A stretch of DNA of 64,000 nt from Longimicrobiales bacterium (GTDB lineage: Bacteria; Gemmatimonadota; Gemmatimonadetes; Longimicrobiales; Gaopeijiaceae), in NCBI GenBank assembly GCA_041690395.1, contig JAWLHJ010000003.1, positions 632,729 through 696,728 on the forward strand. The letters are read 5' to 3'. A model generated the notes under the pieces. That model saw only the letters and a list, made by a program, of their open reading frames with translations, searched no databases and was not told the DNA's origin. Below, in pieces: positions 1-8,017 of the stretch; positions within the stretch are counted from its first letter, which is position 1, and each line of letters starts with the position of its first letter. A program made the translations under genes and the position numbers.

Positions 1-1
1 A

Positions 2-967
2 GTGGCCCCAACCGGAGTAGATCGCCGCGCCGATCACCCCCTGGCGCCCCTCTTCCTCGAGGCGGTACCCCATGTGCGCACCGTACCAGTCCATCTCGCG
101 CCACACCAGCGGGTCGGCACCGGGCCGCACCGGCTCCGCATAGGGCGGGATGTACATGCGGGCGGTATAGCCGCCCATCTGGTGATGATCGATGAAGGCC
201 TGCGGTATCCAGTCCCGGAACAGGATCTCCGCGCCGTACTGCGACTCGACCGTGGCCTGCATGAACGCGTCACGGTTGTTGTCGTGCCCGATGTAGTGAT
301 GATAGAGCTCGGGAGGGCGCGTCGTCTCGTACTCGGTGCCGACCTGCTGCCGGTACCAGTCGGTGACGATGTGGTTGCCGTCCGGATTGAACATCGGGAT
401 CTGGATGGCCACCGTCTCGTCGAGGATGCGCATCATCTCCTCGTCGTCGCGCGTCGCCATCTCGTAGAGGATCTCGACCGACGCCTGACTCGGCGCCACC
501 TCGGTCGAGTGCAGCCCGTACGACTGGACGAGAACGACCTTGCCCCGCTCCACAGCGTCGTCGATCTCGGCCTGGCTCCGGCCGCGCGGGTCCTGCAGGA
601 GCGCGTTCAGCCGCTGGATCTCGTCGAGGTTCGCCAGGTTCTCGGGGCTCGAGACGAAAATCACCAGGAACGGGAGCCCCCGGGTGGACGTGCCCACGTC
701 ACGGACCTCGATCCGGTCGCTCCGCTCGCCGATCATCTCGTAGTACGGAAGCATCTCGTCCCACCGCACCAGCTGCCGGTCTGCGCCCATCACGTGGCCG
801 AAGTACTCCTCGGGCGACGGGATGGCCTGCGCGGCCGCGGACGCGACCGTGGCCAGGCTCAGCGCGACGGCCAGCGCCAGCACGGAAGCCGAGCGCAGGG
901 TATCAGCCGCGCCTCGCTGCAGCGGTCGGAGAAGTCGGTTTCGTAGGGCCCTGGGGCTCGAAATCAT
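2..967 (-). CDS. M14-family zinc carboxypeptidase/peptidase, secreted (3' end runs off the window)
   Basis: Translated by hand (not in the ORF track): ATG 967 with GGAG upstream, signal peptide (..ATVASAAAQ), 'IPSPEEYFGH', 'GLHSTE', 'NPDG', 'YHHYIGHDNNRD', 'DHHQMG', typical of bacterial M14-like peptidases. Confidence 0.85.
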   Translation of the reverse strand, partial: MISSPRALRNRLLRPLQRGAADTLRSASVLALAVALSLATVASAAAQAIPSPEEYFGHVMGADRQLVRWDEMLPYYEMIGERSDRIEVRDVGTSTRGLPFLVIFVSSPENLANLDEIQRLNALLQDPRGRSQAEIDDAVERGKVVLVQSYGLHSTEVAPSQASVEILYEMATRDDEEMMRILDETVAIQIPMFNPDGNHIVTDWYRQQVGTEYETTRPPELYHHYIGHDNNRDAFMQATVESQYGAEILFRDWIPQAFIDHHQMGGYTARMYIPPYAEPVRPGADPLVWREMDWYGAHMGYRLEEEGRQGVIGAAIYSGWGH

Positions 968-1071
968 GGAGGTACTCCGCGATCGGTCTGGGGTTGAGGT
1001 CCCTTCGGGATAACGTCTTCGGCCCACGGATCGCAAGTGGCGCGCTTGTGCTTCGCGCCGATTCCGGACAT

Positions 1072-1109
1072 GAGAAAGCCCCGCGGACCAGGTGGCCCGC
1101 GGGGCTCTC
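1072..1109 (-). terminator. Intrinsic terminator downstream of tRNA-Asn
   Basis: Minus strand AGCCCCGCGGGCC-ACCT-GGTCCGCGGGGCT followed by TTCTC. Confidence 0.75.
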
Positions 1110-1115
1110 GCATTA

Positions 1116-1188
1116 CTGGGGCGGGAGGGTTCGAACCTCCAACCTCCTGGTTAACAGCCAGGCGCTCTGCCGGTTGAGCTACACCCCA
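1116..1188 (-). tRNA. tRNA-Asn(GTT), CCA not encoded
   Basis: Cloverleaf: acceptor TGGGGTG/CGCCCCA plus G73; D arm GCTC-AACCGGCA-GAGC; anticodon arm CCTGG-CTGTTAA-CCAGG; T arm GGAGG-TTCGAAC-CCTCC. Confidence 0.97.
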
Positions 1189-1240
1189 TACGCTTGGCGG
1201 GTTCGTGCCGATGACCCCCGCCGATCGACACTCCCCCACC

Positions 1241-1279
1241 AACGCAAAACGGCCGCGATCCCCTGGGGACCGCGGCCGT
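1241..1279 (-). terminator. Attenuator (3:4) intrinsic terminator between the Asn leader peptide and tRNA-Asn
   Basis: Minus strand ACGGCCGCGGTCCC-CAG-GGGATCGCGGCCGT-TTTGCGTT (14-bp stem with one G-U, U-rich tail). Confidence 0.75.
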
Positions 1280-1302
1280 CTCGTCGTTCCGATTTCGTTC
1301 GG

Positions 1303-1380
1303 CTACGCGAGTCCGCGGTCGCAGTCCCCATTGGGATTGCGATTCATATTCGGATTCGAGTTGCCGCGCGTGTTGTTCAT
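1303..1380 (-). CDS. Putative Asn-rich leader (attenuator) peptide MNNTRGNSNPNMNRNPNGDCDRGLA
   Basis: 25 codons, 8 Asn (3 AAC, 5 AAT); ATG follows a -10 box after a 6-nt gap (leaderless); followed by alternative hairpins and tRNA-Asn. Confidence 0.75.
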   Translation of the reverse strand: MNNTRGNSNPNMNRNPNGDCDRGLA

Positions 1381-1386
1381 GCACCG

Positions 1387-1415
1387 ATTATCACGAGGAG
1401 GGTCCGATCCGTCAA
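1387..1415 (-). promoter_or_regulatory. sigma70-type promoter of the leader-tRNA-Asn transcript
   Basis: Minus strand TTGACG (1415-1410), 17-nt spacer, GATAAT (1392-1387). Confidence 0.75.
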
Positions 1416-1424
1416 GCCGTCTCT

Positions 1425-2405
1425 CTATCCGCCCGTCTGGGACAGCGCCACGAGCCCACCCGACCCGACCGCGCTCCCCTGGACCAGATGGTGCCGCTCG
1501 GGCTTCACCCGCAGCGTCTCCTCGATCAGCGGGCGGATGTCGTCGCCGGCGCGGAGCGGGTCGCGGAGATTCGTCTGGAGCGACCCGAACAGGCACGGGC
1601 GTAGCTGCCCGTCGGCCGTGAGACGCATGCGGTTGCAGCGGTCGCAGTAGTTGTGGCTCATCGGGGTGATGACACCGACGGTGCCGGGCGCTCCCGGGAA
1701 GCGATGATAGCGTGCGGGTCCGTTCCCGAACGGCCCGTCCACCGGCTCGAGCTGTTCGATGGCGCGCACCCGCCTGAGCGCCTCGGCGCACGACACGAAG
1801 CTTCCGGCGCTCAGGTCGAGGTTCGCCCCCGTCGGCATCATCTCGATGAAACGGATGTGCCAGGGTCGCTCACGCGTGATCCGGGCGAAATCCTCGATCT
1901 CGTCGTCGTTCTGACCCCGGATGAGCACGACGTTGATCTTGATGGGCGCGAAGCCCGCTTCCTCGGCGGCCCGGAGCCCGTCCATGATCTTGGGATACGA
2001 GCCCGGACGCCGCGCGATCTCGTCGACGCGGTCGGGCCGGAGCGAGTCGAGGGACACGTTCAGCCGGTGGACGCCCGCGGCGCGTAGCGCGTCGGCGTGC
2101 TCCGCGAGCAGCACCGCGTTCGTCGACAGCGAGAGATCCTCGATCCCCGGCACCCTGGACAACATGGCCGCCAGCTCCGGAAGGTCGCGGCGCACCAGCG
2201 GCTCGCCCCCCGTGATCCGAACCCGCTTGAGCCCCATGCCGGCCATCGTGCGCACGATCCGCTCGATCTCCTCGTAGCTCAGGAGCGCTTCGCGCTTCAA
2301 CCAGGGCAGCCCTTCCATGGGCATGCAGTACACGCAGCGGAGGTTGCACTTGTCGGTGACCGAGATCCTCAGGTACTCGACGCGGCGTCCGAACTGGTCG
2401 ATCAC
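1425..2405 (-). CDS. moaA: GTP 3',8-cyclase (Moco biosynthesis, radical SAM)
   Basis: DQFGR..YLRISVTDKCNLRCVYCMP, CDRCNRMRLTADG, C-terminal GG; GTG start overlaps the moaE stop. Confidence 0.95.
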   Translation of the reverse strand: MIDQFGRRVEYLRISVTDKCNLRCVYCMPMEGLPWLKREALLSYEEIERIVRTMAGMGLKRVRITGGEPLVRRDLPELAAMLSRVPGIEDLSLSTNAVLLAEHADALRAAGVHRLNVSLDSLRPDRVDEIARRPGSYPKIMDGLRAAEEAGFAPIKINVVLIRGQNDDEIEDFARITRERPWHIRFIEMMPTGANLDLSAGSFVSCAEALRRVRAIEQLEPVDGPFGNGPARYHRFPGAPGTVGVITPMSHNYCDRCNRMRLTADGQLRPCLFGSLQTNLRDPLRAGDDIRPLIEETLRVKPERHHLVQGSAVGSGGLVALSQTGG

Positions 2406-2872
2406 GATGCGTCTCCCGTCGTCGCGGTCGCGGACGCTCCGCCGGATCCCGGCGGCGCGGTCCCCTCGACCCAGCTCGCCTCGCCGTCCACATAGCGCTC
2501 CTTCTTCCACACCGGAAGGCGCTTCTTGATCTCCTCGATGACGTACCGGGACGCCTCGTACGACTCGGCCCGGTGGGGGCTCGACACCGCGATCGCGACA
2601 CTCACCTCGCCGATGGCCAGCTCGCCGGTGCGGTGCACCACGGAGAGCCGGTCGGTCCCGAGCGTCTCCGCGGCCTCGCCGGCGATCTCACGCAAGACGC
2701 CGCTCGCCATGGCCTCGTACGCCTCGTAGTGCATGCCCCGCACGGAGCGGCCGTCCGCGTGGTTCCGTACGACGCCCAGGAACAGCAGCACCGCCCCGTC
2801 CTCGTCGGAGCCGACGTGGGCGAGGACCCGCTCCGGGTCGATGGGGTCGGATTGCACGACGGCGCGCACCAC
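2402..2872 (-). CDS. moaE: Molybdopterin synthase catalytic subunit
   Basis: GAVLLFLGVVRN, YEAYEAMA, HRTGEL, HR, PVWKKE motifs. Confidence 0.95.
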   Translation of the reverse strand: MVRAVVQSDPIDPERVLAHVGSDEDGAVLLFLGVVRNHADGRSVRGMHYEAYEAMASGVLREIAGEAAETLGTDRLSVVHRTGELAIGEVSVAIAVSSPHRAESYEASRYVIEEIKKRLPVWKKERYVDGEASWVEGTAPPGSGGASATATTGDAS

Positions 2873-2875
2873 GGC

Positions 2876-3127
2876 TCAGCCCCCCGCCACCGGAGGTATG
2901 AACGCGACCTCGTCGCCGGCCGACAGACGCTCGTCGGGTCCCGCGTAGGTCTGGTTCACGGCGACGGCCGGCTGCTCGGGGAGCCCGTCGAAAGGCGCTC
3001 CGCGGTCCCGGAGGCTTCGCACCAGATCCCGCACGGTCGCGTCCGGCGCCACCTCCACGGACAGCTCGGACGTGCCGAGCAGGTCACGGTAGGCGGCGAA
3101 GAACAGCGTTCGGACGGAAAGGGACAT
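2876..3127 (-). CDS. moaD: Molybdopterin synthase sulfur carrier
   Basis: 83 aa, AVN..Y, 'DEVAFIPPVAGG'. Confidence 0.95.
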   Translation of the reverse strand: MSLSVRTLFFAAYRDLLGTSELSVEVAPDATVRDLVRSLRDRGAPFDGLPEQPAVAVNQTYAGPDERLSAGDEVAFIPPVAGG

Positions 3128-3217
3128 GTGGCCCGGGCGGATGGAGGGTCGCGGTGCGGCCGACCGGCGCCGTGATCACGCCGGTCACCTTCAGAGTGAG
3201 GGACCCCGAACCGGCGG

Positions 3218-3799
3218 TCAACGTTCCGCCGCGCCGCCCTTCCCGGAATGTCCGGACGATTCCCCACCGGGCCGCCTCCGCCTTTCGTCCTCCCCACCCC
3301 GGTTCCGGATGGCCCGGATGCGTCGCCCGATCTCGACCCTCAACTCGTACAGCTGCAGAACCTGGGCGGGCGACAGAACCTCCTGGAGACGTGCCTGCTC
3401 CTCACGGACGAGCTCGGCCTCACGGAGCCGGAGCGCCACGAAGTGCTCGAGTAGCGCGGCCGAGGCGGAGTCGTCCGGCGTCTCGGCGGCGAGGAGCTCC
3501 TCCGCGCGTTCTTTGGCCTCCCGCTCCTCCCGCGCCAAGGCGTGACGCCTGACCTCGTACTCCCGTGCGATGGCCGACAACTCTTCGGCCTCCTCCTCCG
3601 TCAATCCCAACCGGTGCTGGATGATCTCGCCCATCCGGGCCCGTATCCGCTCCTCGAGCCGCGACCGGTCCTGCCCCTCCCTGGGCCGATCCGGCGTGCG
3701 CTGAGCCGACAGCGGGACGGAGGACGCGGCGAGCATGAGCGCTCCGGCCAGCACGAGAAGCCGGGTCGTCGAGCGGCCCACGTTCGAGCCGCGCGTCAT
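3218..3799 (-). CDS. Secreted helical Spy/CpxP/heavy-metal-sensor-like protein of the ECF module
   Basis: Signal peptide (..LAASSVPLSAQ), 'LGLTEEE', 'LSPAQ' (LTxxQ-like) repeats; ATGA overlap with the anti-sigma gene. Confidence 0.6.
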   Translation of the reverse strand: MTRGSNVGRSTTRLLVLAGALMLAASSVPLSAQRTPDRPREGQDRSRLEERIRARMGEIIQHRLGLTEEEAEELSAIAREYEVRRHALAREEREAKERAEELLAAETPDDSASAALLEHFVALRLREAELVREEQARLQEVLSPAQVLQLYELRVEIGRRIRAIRNRGGEDERRRRPGGESSGHSGKGGAAER

Positions 3800-4266
3800 G
3801 AGCCACCACCTACGTCGGCGAGATCCGCGAGCAGCGCTTCGAGCGCGTCGTCGGAGAGATCCTCGAGCACGACGGAGCCGGCGACCGTGCCTTCCCCGAG
3901 TACCCAGGGCCAGCCCTCCTCGACCTCCATCGCGAACGCAGGGGCGACAACGCCGACGCCGTCGCCGGACGTGAGCCCGATCCCCAGCGCCAGAGCGGCC
4001 ACGGCGGCCGCGGCCATCGCCCACCAGGGACGATGGACAGCCTGCCGGTCGAACGCCACGGCGCGCCGGACCCGCGTCGCCAGGTCGTCGGCCGTCGTCG
4101 GTCGGGACTCGAGAAGCGCGCGCACCAACGCCAGCTCTGCGTCGCACTCCGCGCAACTCGCGACGTGCGCCTCGAGCCGGACGCGCGCGTCGCCGGCGAG
4201 AAGTCCGTGCACGAGCTCGGGAATCGCTTCCCTCACCACACCGCAATCGATCGCATTCATGTTCAT
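3796..4266 (-). CDS. Zinc-finger (ZAS, zf-HC2) anti-sigma factor with TM helix
   Basis: HVASCAEC (HxxxCxxC), one hydrophobic helix, coupled to the sigma gene. Confidence 0.85.
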   Translation of the reverse strand: MNMNAIDCGVVREAIPELVHGLLAGDARVRLEAHVASCAECDAELALVRALLESRPTTADDLATRVRRAVAFDRQAVHRPWWAMAAAAVAALALGIGLTSGDGVGVVAPAFAMEVEEGWPWVLGEGTVAGSVVLEDLSDDALEALLADLADVGGGS

Positions 4267-4820
4267 CGCATCAGCTCCCTCAGGCGCCGGATGCCGTGGA
4301 AATAGTTCACCCTCGCCGCCCCTTCGCTCGATCCGGTGATCTCTCCGATCTCCCGGAAGCTGAGCCCCTCCTCGGTCCGCAGCGCGACGGAAAGCCGCTG
4401 CTTCTCGGGTAGCGTGCCCAACGCGGCCCGGGCGCGCCGGGCCTGGTCGTTCATGGTGGCCCTCTCGGCCGGATCGGGGTGGTCGGTCACGACTTCCGCC
4501 GCGTCCTCGAGAGAGGTCTCGCCCCGACGCCCGGCCTTCCTGAGCGCACCCTTTGCCTCGTTCGCGGTGATGCGGAGGAGCCAGGTGCGGAACGAAGCGT
4601 CACCCCGGAAGCCGTCGAGCGCCCGCATCGCCTTCACGAACGCATCCTGAACGACGTCCTCGGCCGCCCCGGGCTCGCGCAGATAGGAGAGCGCGAGCCG
4701 GTAGGCACCGTCCTGGTGACGCCGGACCAGAGCGTCGAGCGCCCCGTCATCGCCTTGTTGAGCACGCCGGACCAACTCCGTGTCGGGAATCTCCGAACCA
4801 CCCCGCTCATCGTCATTCAC
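4263..4820 (-). CDS. ECF RNA polymerase sigma factor
   Basis: AEDVVQDAF, FRGDASFRTWLLRI, region 4 'LPEKQR..GLSFREIGEI'. Confidence 0.93.
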   Translation of the reverse strand: MNDDERGGSEIPDTELVRRAQQGDDGALDALVRRHQDGAYRLALSYLREPGAAEDVVQDAFVKAMRALDGFRGDASFRTWLLRITANEAKGALRKAGRRGETSLEDAAEVVTDHPDPAERATMNDQARRARAALGTLPEKQRLSVALRTEEGLSFREIGEITGSSEGAARVNYFHGIRRLRELMR

Positions 4821-4941
4821 CGATGATCAGACGCTCGAAGGGGTCGATCCGTTAGGTGCGATCCGGAAGATGCTCCGACAACCCGCGCGTGTGGCACGGC
4901 CCGCAACCGTTCCTGGCGCGGTCAGGCCCGGTGGCCGGGCA

Positions 4942-5241
4942 TCACACCTTGGGCTTGTCGAGCTTCTCGACGCGCGCGCGGAGGTGCTTGGACGGCTTGA
5001 ACACCGGAACGGAGCGGGAGGGAACCTCGACCTGCTCCCCGGTGCGTGGATTACGGGCCATGCGTGTCTTGCGCTTCCGGACCTTGAAGGTCCCGAACCC
5101 GCGGATCTCGATGTTCTCGCCCTGGGCCAGAGCGAGCTTCACCGCGTTGAGGAAGCCGTCGACGACGAGCGCGCAGTCCTTCTTGGTGATTCCTGGGCCA
5201 ATGGCTTCGGTCACCTGTTCGACCAGGTCCGCCTTCGTCAT
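4942..5241 (-). CDS. HU/IHF-family DNA-binding protein
   Basis: MTKADL, IRGFGTF, ARNPRTGE, FKPSK. Confidence 0.95.
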   Translation of the reverse strand: MTKADLVEQVTEAIGPGITKKDCALVVDGFLNAVKLALAQGENIEIRGFGTFKVRKRKTRMARNPRTGEQVEVPSRSVPVFKPSKHLRARVEKLDKPKV

Positions 5242-5334
5242 GCTCCCTCCAGAGCGGGTTCTCAAACTAGAAAGGCGCCGTCCGAGGGTCGGACGGGCGT
5301 GCCAGGGTAACGGGCGCGATCTTTCGCCGCAAGA

Positions 5335-6474
5335 CTACGGGAGTCGTTGCGCGGTAGGAACTTGCGCCTCCCTGCGCTTTTCCATGAGCGACACGAAGCG
5401 ATCGAAGAGATACCGGCTGTCGTGAGGGCCCGGCGCGGCCTCCGGATGGTACTGCACCGCGAAGACCGGAAGCGTCCGGTGTTCGATACCCTCGACCGTA
5501 TGGTCGTAGAGGTTCAGGTGCGTGAGGCGTAGCTCGGGCGCACCCGGAATGGTGCCGTCGTCGGCGCTCCGCACCGCGAAGCCGTGATTCTGCGACGTGA
5601 TCTCGACGGTGCCGCGCTCGAGGTTCTTCACGGGATGGTTTCCACCGTGGTGGCCGAACGGGAGCTTGTACGTCTCCGCGCCGAACGCCCTCGAGATCAG
5701 CTGGAGGCCGAGGCAGATCCCGAAGACGGGCACGCCGGCCTCCGCGAGCTGCACGATGGCGTCCCGCGCCTCGCCGACCGCGGCGGGGTCGCCGGGCCCG
5801 TTCGAGACGAAGAGGCCGTCGGGCGCTGCGGCCGCGACCTCGGCGGCCGACGTGTCCGCGGGAATGACGGTCACGCGGCATCCGCGCTCGGCGAGCAGCT
5901 TGGGGGAGTGCGCCTTGACACCGAAGTCGTACGCCAGCACGTGGAAACGCTCTTCGCCCACCGCGGGAATCTCGTAGCTCGCTCGGGTCGAGACACCGAC
6001 CGCGAGATCGAGGCCCTCCATCAGCGGATGGGCCTGGATCCGTTCCATGGCCTCGGCCTCGGGCGTGTCCGCCGAGGCGATGGCGCCGCGCATGGCCCCG
6101 TGCGAGCGGATGTGGCGGGTGAGCGCCCTCGTATCGATGTCGGTGATGCCGGCGACGCCGTGCGTTCCCAGATAGTCGCCGAGACCGCCTTCGGCGCGCC
6201 ACGACGAGTGCATGCGGGACGCCTCGCGCATGATGAAGCCGGACACCCGCGGACTCTCGGACTCCCGGTCCTCGTCGTTCACACCGTAGTTCCCGATCAT
6301 GGGATACGTCATCGTCACCAGCTGGCCGGTATACGACGGATCCGTCAGGATCTCCTGGTATCCGGTCATGCAGGTATTGAACACGACCTCGCCGACGGTC
6401 AGGTCGGTGGCTCCCACGGAGAGGCCGTCGAAGCGGCGGCCGTCCTCCAGGAGCAGGTAGGCGTTGGATTCCAC
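5335..6474 (-). CDS. carA: Carbamoyl-phosphate synthase small subunit
   Basis: GEVVFNT..GYQEILTDPSY, SNGPGDP, GICLG, SQNHGF, QYHPE. Confidence 0.97.
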   Translation of the reverse strand: MESNAYLLLEDGRRFDGLSVGATDLTVGEVVFNTCMTGYQEILTDPSYTGQLVTMTYPMIGNYGVNDEDRESESPRVSGFIMREASRMHSSWRAEGGLGDYLGTHGVAGITDIDTRALTRHIRSHGAMRGAIASADTPEAEAMERIQAHPLMEGLDLAVGVSTRASYEIPAVGEERFHVLAYDFGVKAHSPKLLAERGCRVTVIPADTSAAEVAAAAPDGLFVSNGPGDPAAVGEARDAIVQLAEAGVPVFGICLGLQLISRAFGAETYKLPFGHHGGNHPVKNLERGTVEITSQNHGFAVRSADDGTIPGAPELRLTHLNLYDHTVEGIEHRTLPVFAVQYHPEAAPGPHDSRYLFDRFVSLMEKRREAQVPTAQRLP

Positions 6475-6514
6475 TCGGGTCCTCGCGACGACGGAAAGCG
6501 ACAGAGTCGCCGGA

Positions 6515-6542
6515 AACCTACCCAGGAGGGATGACCGGTCAA
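6515..6542 (-). promoter_or_regulatory. Possible carA promoter
   Basis: Minus strand TTGACC, 16-nt spacer, TAGGTT, about 40 nt before the carA start. Confidence 0.35.
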
Positions 6543-6645
6543 GCGTGGCGCTCCCCTACGCGCCGGCCCACCGGGTTGATTAGGTTGCCGGCCTCCGGGC
6601 GGCGCGCCGCCCTTCCCTACCCGAACCCCGCTCGCGGACCCGGTC

Positions 6646-7221
6646 TTGGACACGCTGTACGTACACGCCGACGAATCCTGCCTCGGAAACCAGTTTCGTG
6701 AGCGCGCCAATCCCGGCGGCGCCGGCGGGCTCGTGGAGATCTGGCGGAACGGCGCCTGGGAGCGACGCGACTACTGGATCTCGGAGCCGGACACGACCAA
6801 CAACCGCATGGCGATCCGGAGCGCCATCGAGCTCCTCGGGGCCCTTCGGCGCCCCTGCCGTGTGATCTTCGTCTCGGACAGCCAGTACCTGGTGAAAGGC
6901 ATCCGTGAGTGGCTTCCGGGATGGAAGCGGCGCGGCTGGAAGCGGAAGGGCGGACCCATCGAGAACCTGGAGCTCTGGCAGCGGCTCGACGGGCTCCTCC
7001 AGCGTCACGACGTGCAGCCACGTTGGGTCAAGGGCCACGCCGGGCATCCGGAAAACGAGTACGTCGACCACCTCGCCACGACGGCGGCGAAGGAGCTCAC
7101 TCAGAGTGGTGGGCTGCTCCCGTCGGGGTTCGGCGAGTGGTTGGAGGACGAGCGCGAGCGCGGGAGGTACCTGGACTACATGGAGTTCACCCCGCCCGAG
7201 GAACGGTACGGAAGCTCCTGA
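6646..7221 (+). CDS. rnhA: Ribonuclease HI
   Basis: DESCLGN..NPGG, TTNNRM, DSQYLVKGI..W, WVKGHAGHPENE. Confidence 0.92.
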   Translation: MDTLYVHADESCLGNQFRERANPGGAGGLVEIWRNGAWERRDYWISEPDTTNNRMAIRSAIELLGALRRPCRVIFVSDSQYLVKGIREWLPGWKRRGWKRKGGPIENLELWQRLDGLLQRHDVQPRWVKGHAGHPENEYVDHLATTAAKELTQSGGLLPSGFGEWLEDERERGRYLDYMEFTPPEERYGSS

Positions 7222-7239
7222 GGGGGTTCGTGCCCCGGG

Positions 7240-7905
7240 TCAGGGTTTTTCGTCGAGGACGGCTCCGAATCGACCGCAGAACGCCTCGACGAGTGCCTCG
7301 CGCACTTCACCCATGGGGACCTCGCGACCCAGCTCACGCTCCAGCGAGGTGACCTCCCGGTCCACGATCCCGCAGGGCACGATGGTGCCGAAGTACGAGA
7401 GGTCGGTGCGGACGTTGAGCGCCAGACCGTGCGAGGTGATCCACCCCGACGAGACCCGCACGCCGATCGCCGCGATCTTGCCGCCCGGCGTCCACACCCC
7501 CGTCTGACCCTCGCTGCGCTCGGCCGCGACGCCGTACGACGTGACGACGTCGATCACCACGCCCTCCAGGTCGCGGAGATAGGCGTGCAGGTCCTTCCGA
7601 TCGGGCTTCAGGTCCAGGATCGGATACGCGACCAGCTGCCCGGGCCCGTGGTAGGTGACGTCCCCACCCCGCCCCGTGTCGAACAGCTCGATCCCTTTTC
7701 GGGCCCGCTCGTCCGCGTCCACGAGCACGTGCTCGGGATGCGAGCTCGAGCCGAGCGTGATGACATGCGGGTGCTCGACGAGAAAGAGGGTGTCGGGAAT
7801 CTCTCCCGCGCGCCGCGCCTTCACCGCGTCTTCCTGGACGCCGAGGGCGTCGGCGTAGGGCATCAGGCCGAGCTCCCGGACGACGAGCCGACGGGGGACG
7901 GTCAT
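7240..7905 (-). CDS. lipB: Lipoyl(octanoyl) transferase
   Basis: EHPHVITLG, RGGDVTYHGPGQLV, KIAAIG, HGLALN, PCG. Confidence 0.96.
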   Translation of the reverse strand: MTVPRRLVVRELGLMPYADALGVQEDAVKARRAGEIPDTLFLVEHPHVITLGSSSHPEHVLVDADERARKGIELFDTGRGGDVTYHGPGQLVAYPILDLKPDRKDLHAYLRDLEGVVIDVVTSYGVAAERSEGQTGVWTPGGKIAAIGVRVSSGWITSHGLALNVRTDLSYFGTIVPCGIVDREVTSLERELGREVPMGEVREALVEAFCGRFGAVLDEKP

Positions 7906-7961
7906 GGGCTGGCAGCCTCCCCGGGGCCTGCCGCGCGCACGCCGGCCCCGACGAACGCCGA

Positions 7962-7991
7962 AGCCCCCGGAGCCGACTGGCTCCGGGGGCT
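7962..7991. terminator. Perfect 13-bp hairpin after the E2 gene (terminator or stabiliser)
   Basis: agcccccggagcc-gact-ggctccgggggct. Confidence 0.6.
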
Positions 7992-8017
7992 CGAATCCTG
8001 CGGGTCCACCGGTCCGG

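Noticed and set aside
2..946. 314-aa plus-strand ORF
   Set aside because: Antisense shadow of the minus-strand M14 peptidase
1072..1188. tRNA as an integration site (att) for a genomic island
   Set aside because: No integrase and no duplicated tRNA 3' end noticed in the window
1151..1384. Alternative-frame ORF MHEQHARQLESEYESQSQW..
   Set aside because: Its start lies 2 nt below the -10 (before the likely TSS) and it runs through the terminator into the tRNA
1303..1791. 162-aa minus-strand ORF in the track that ends in the Asn-rich segment
   Set aside because: Its first part overlaps moaA out of frame and is Arg/Gly/Pro shadow sequence; only the last 25 codons, downstream of the promoter, are credible
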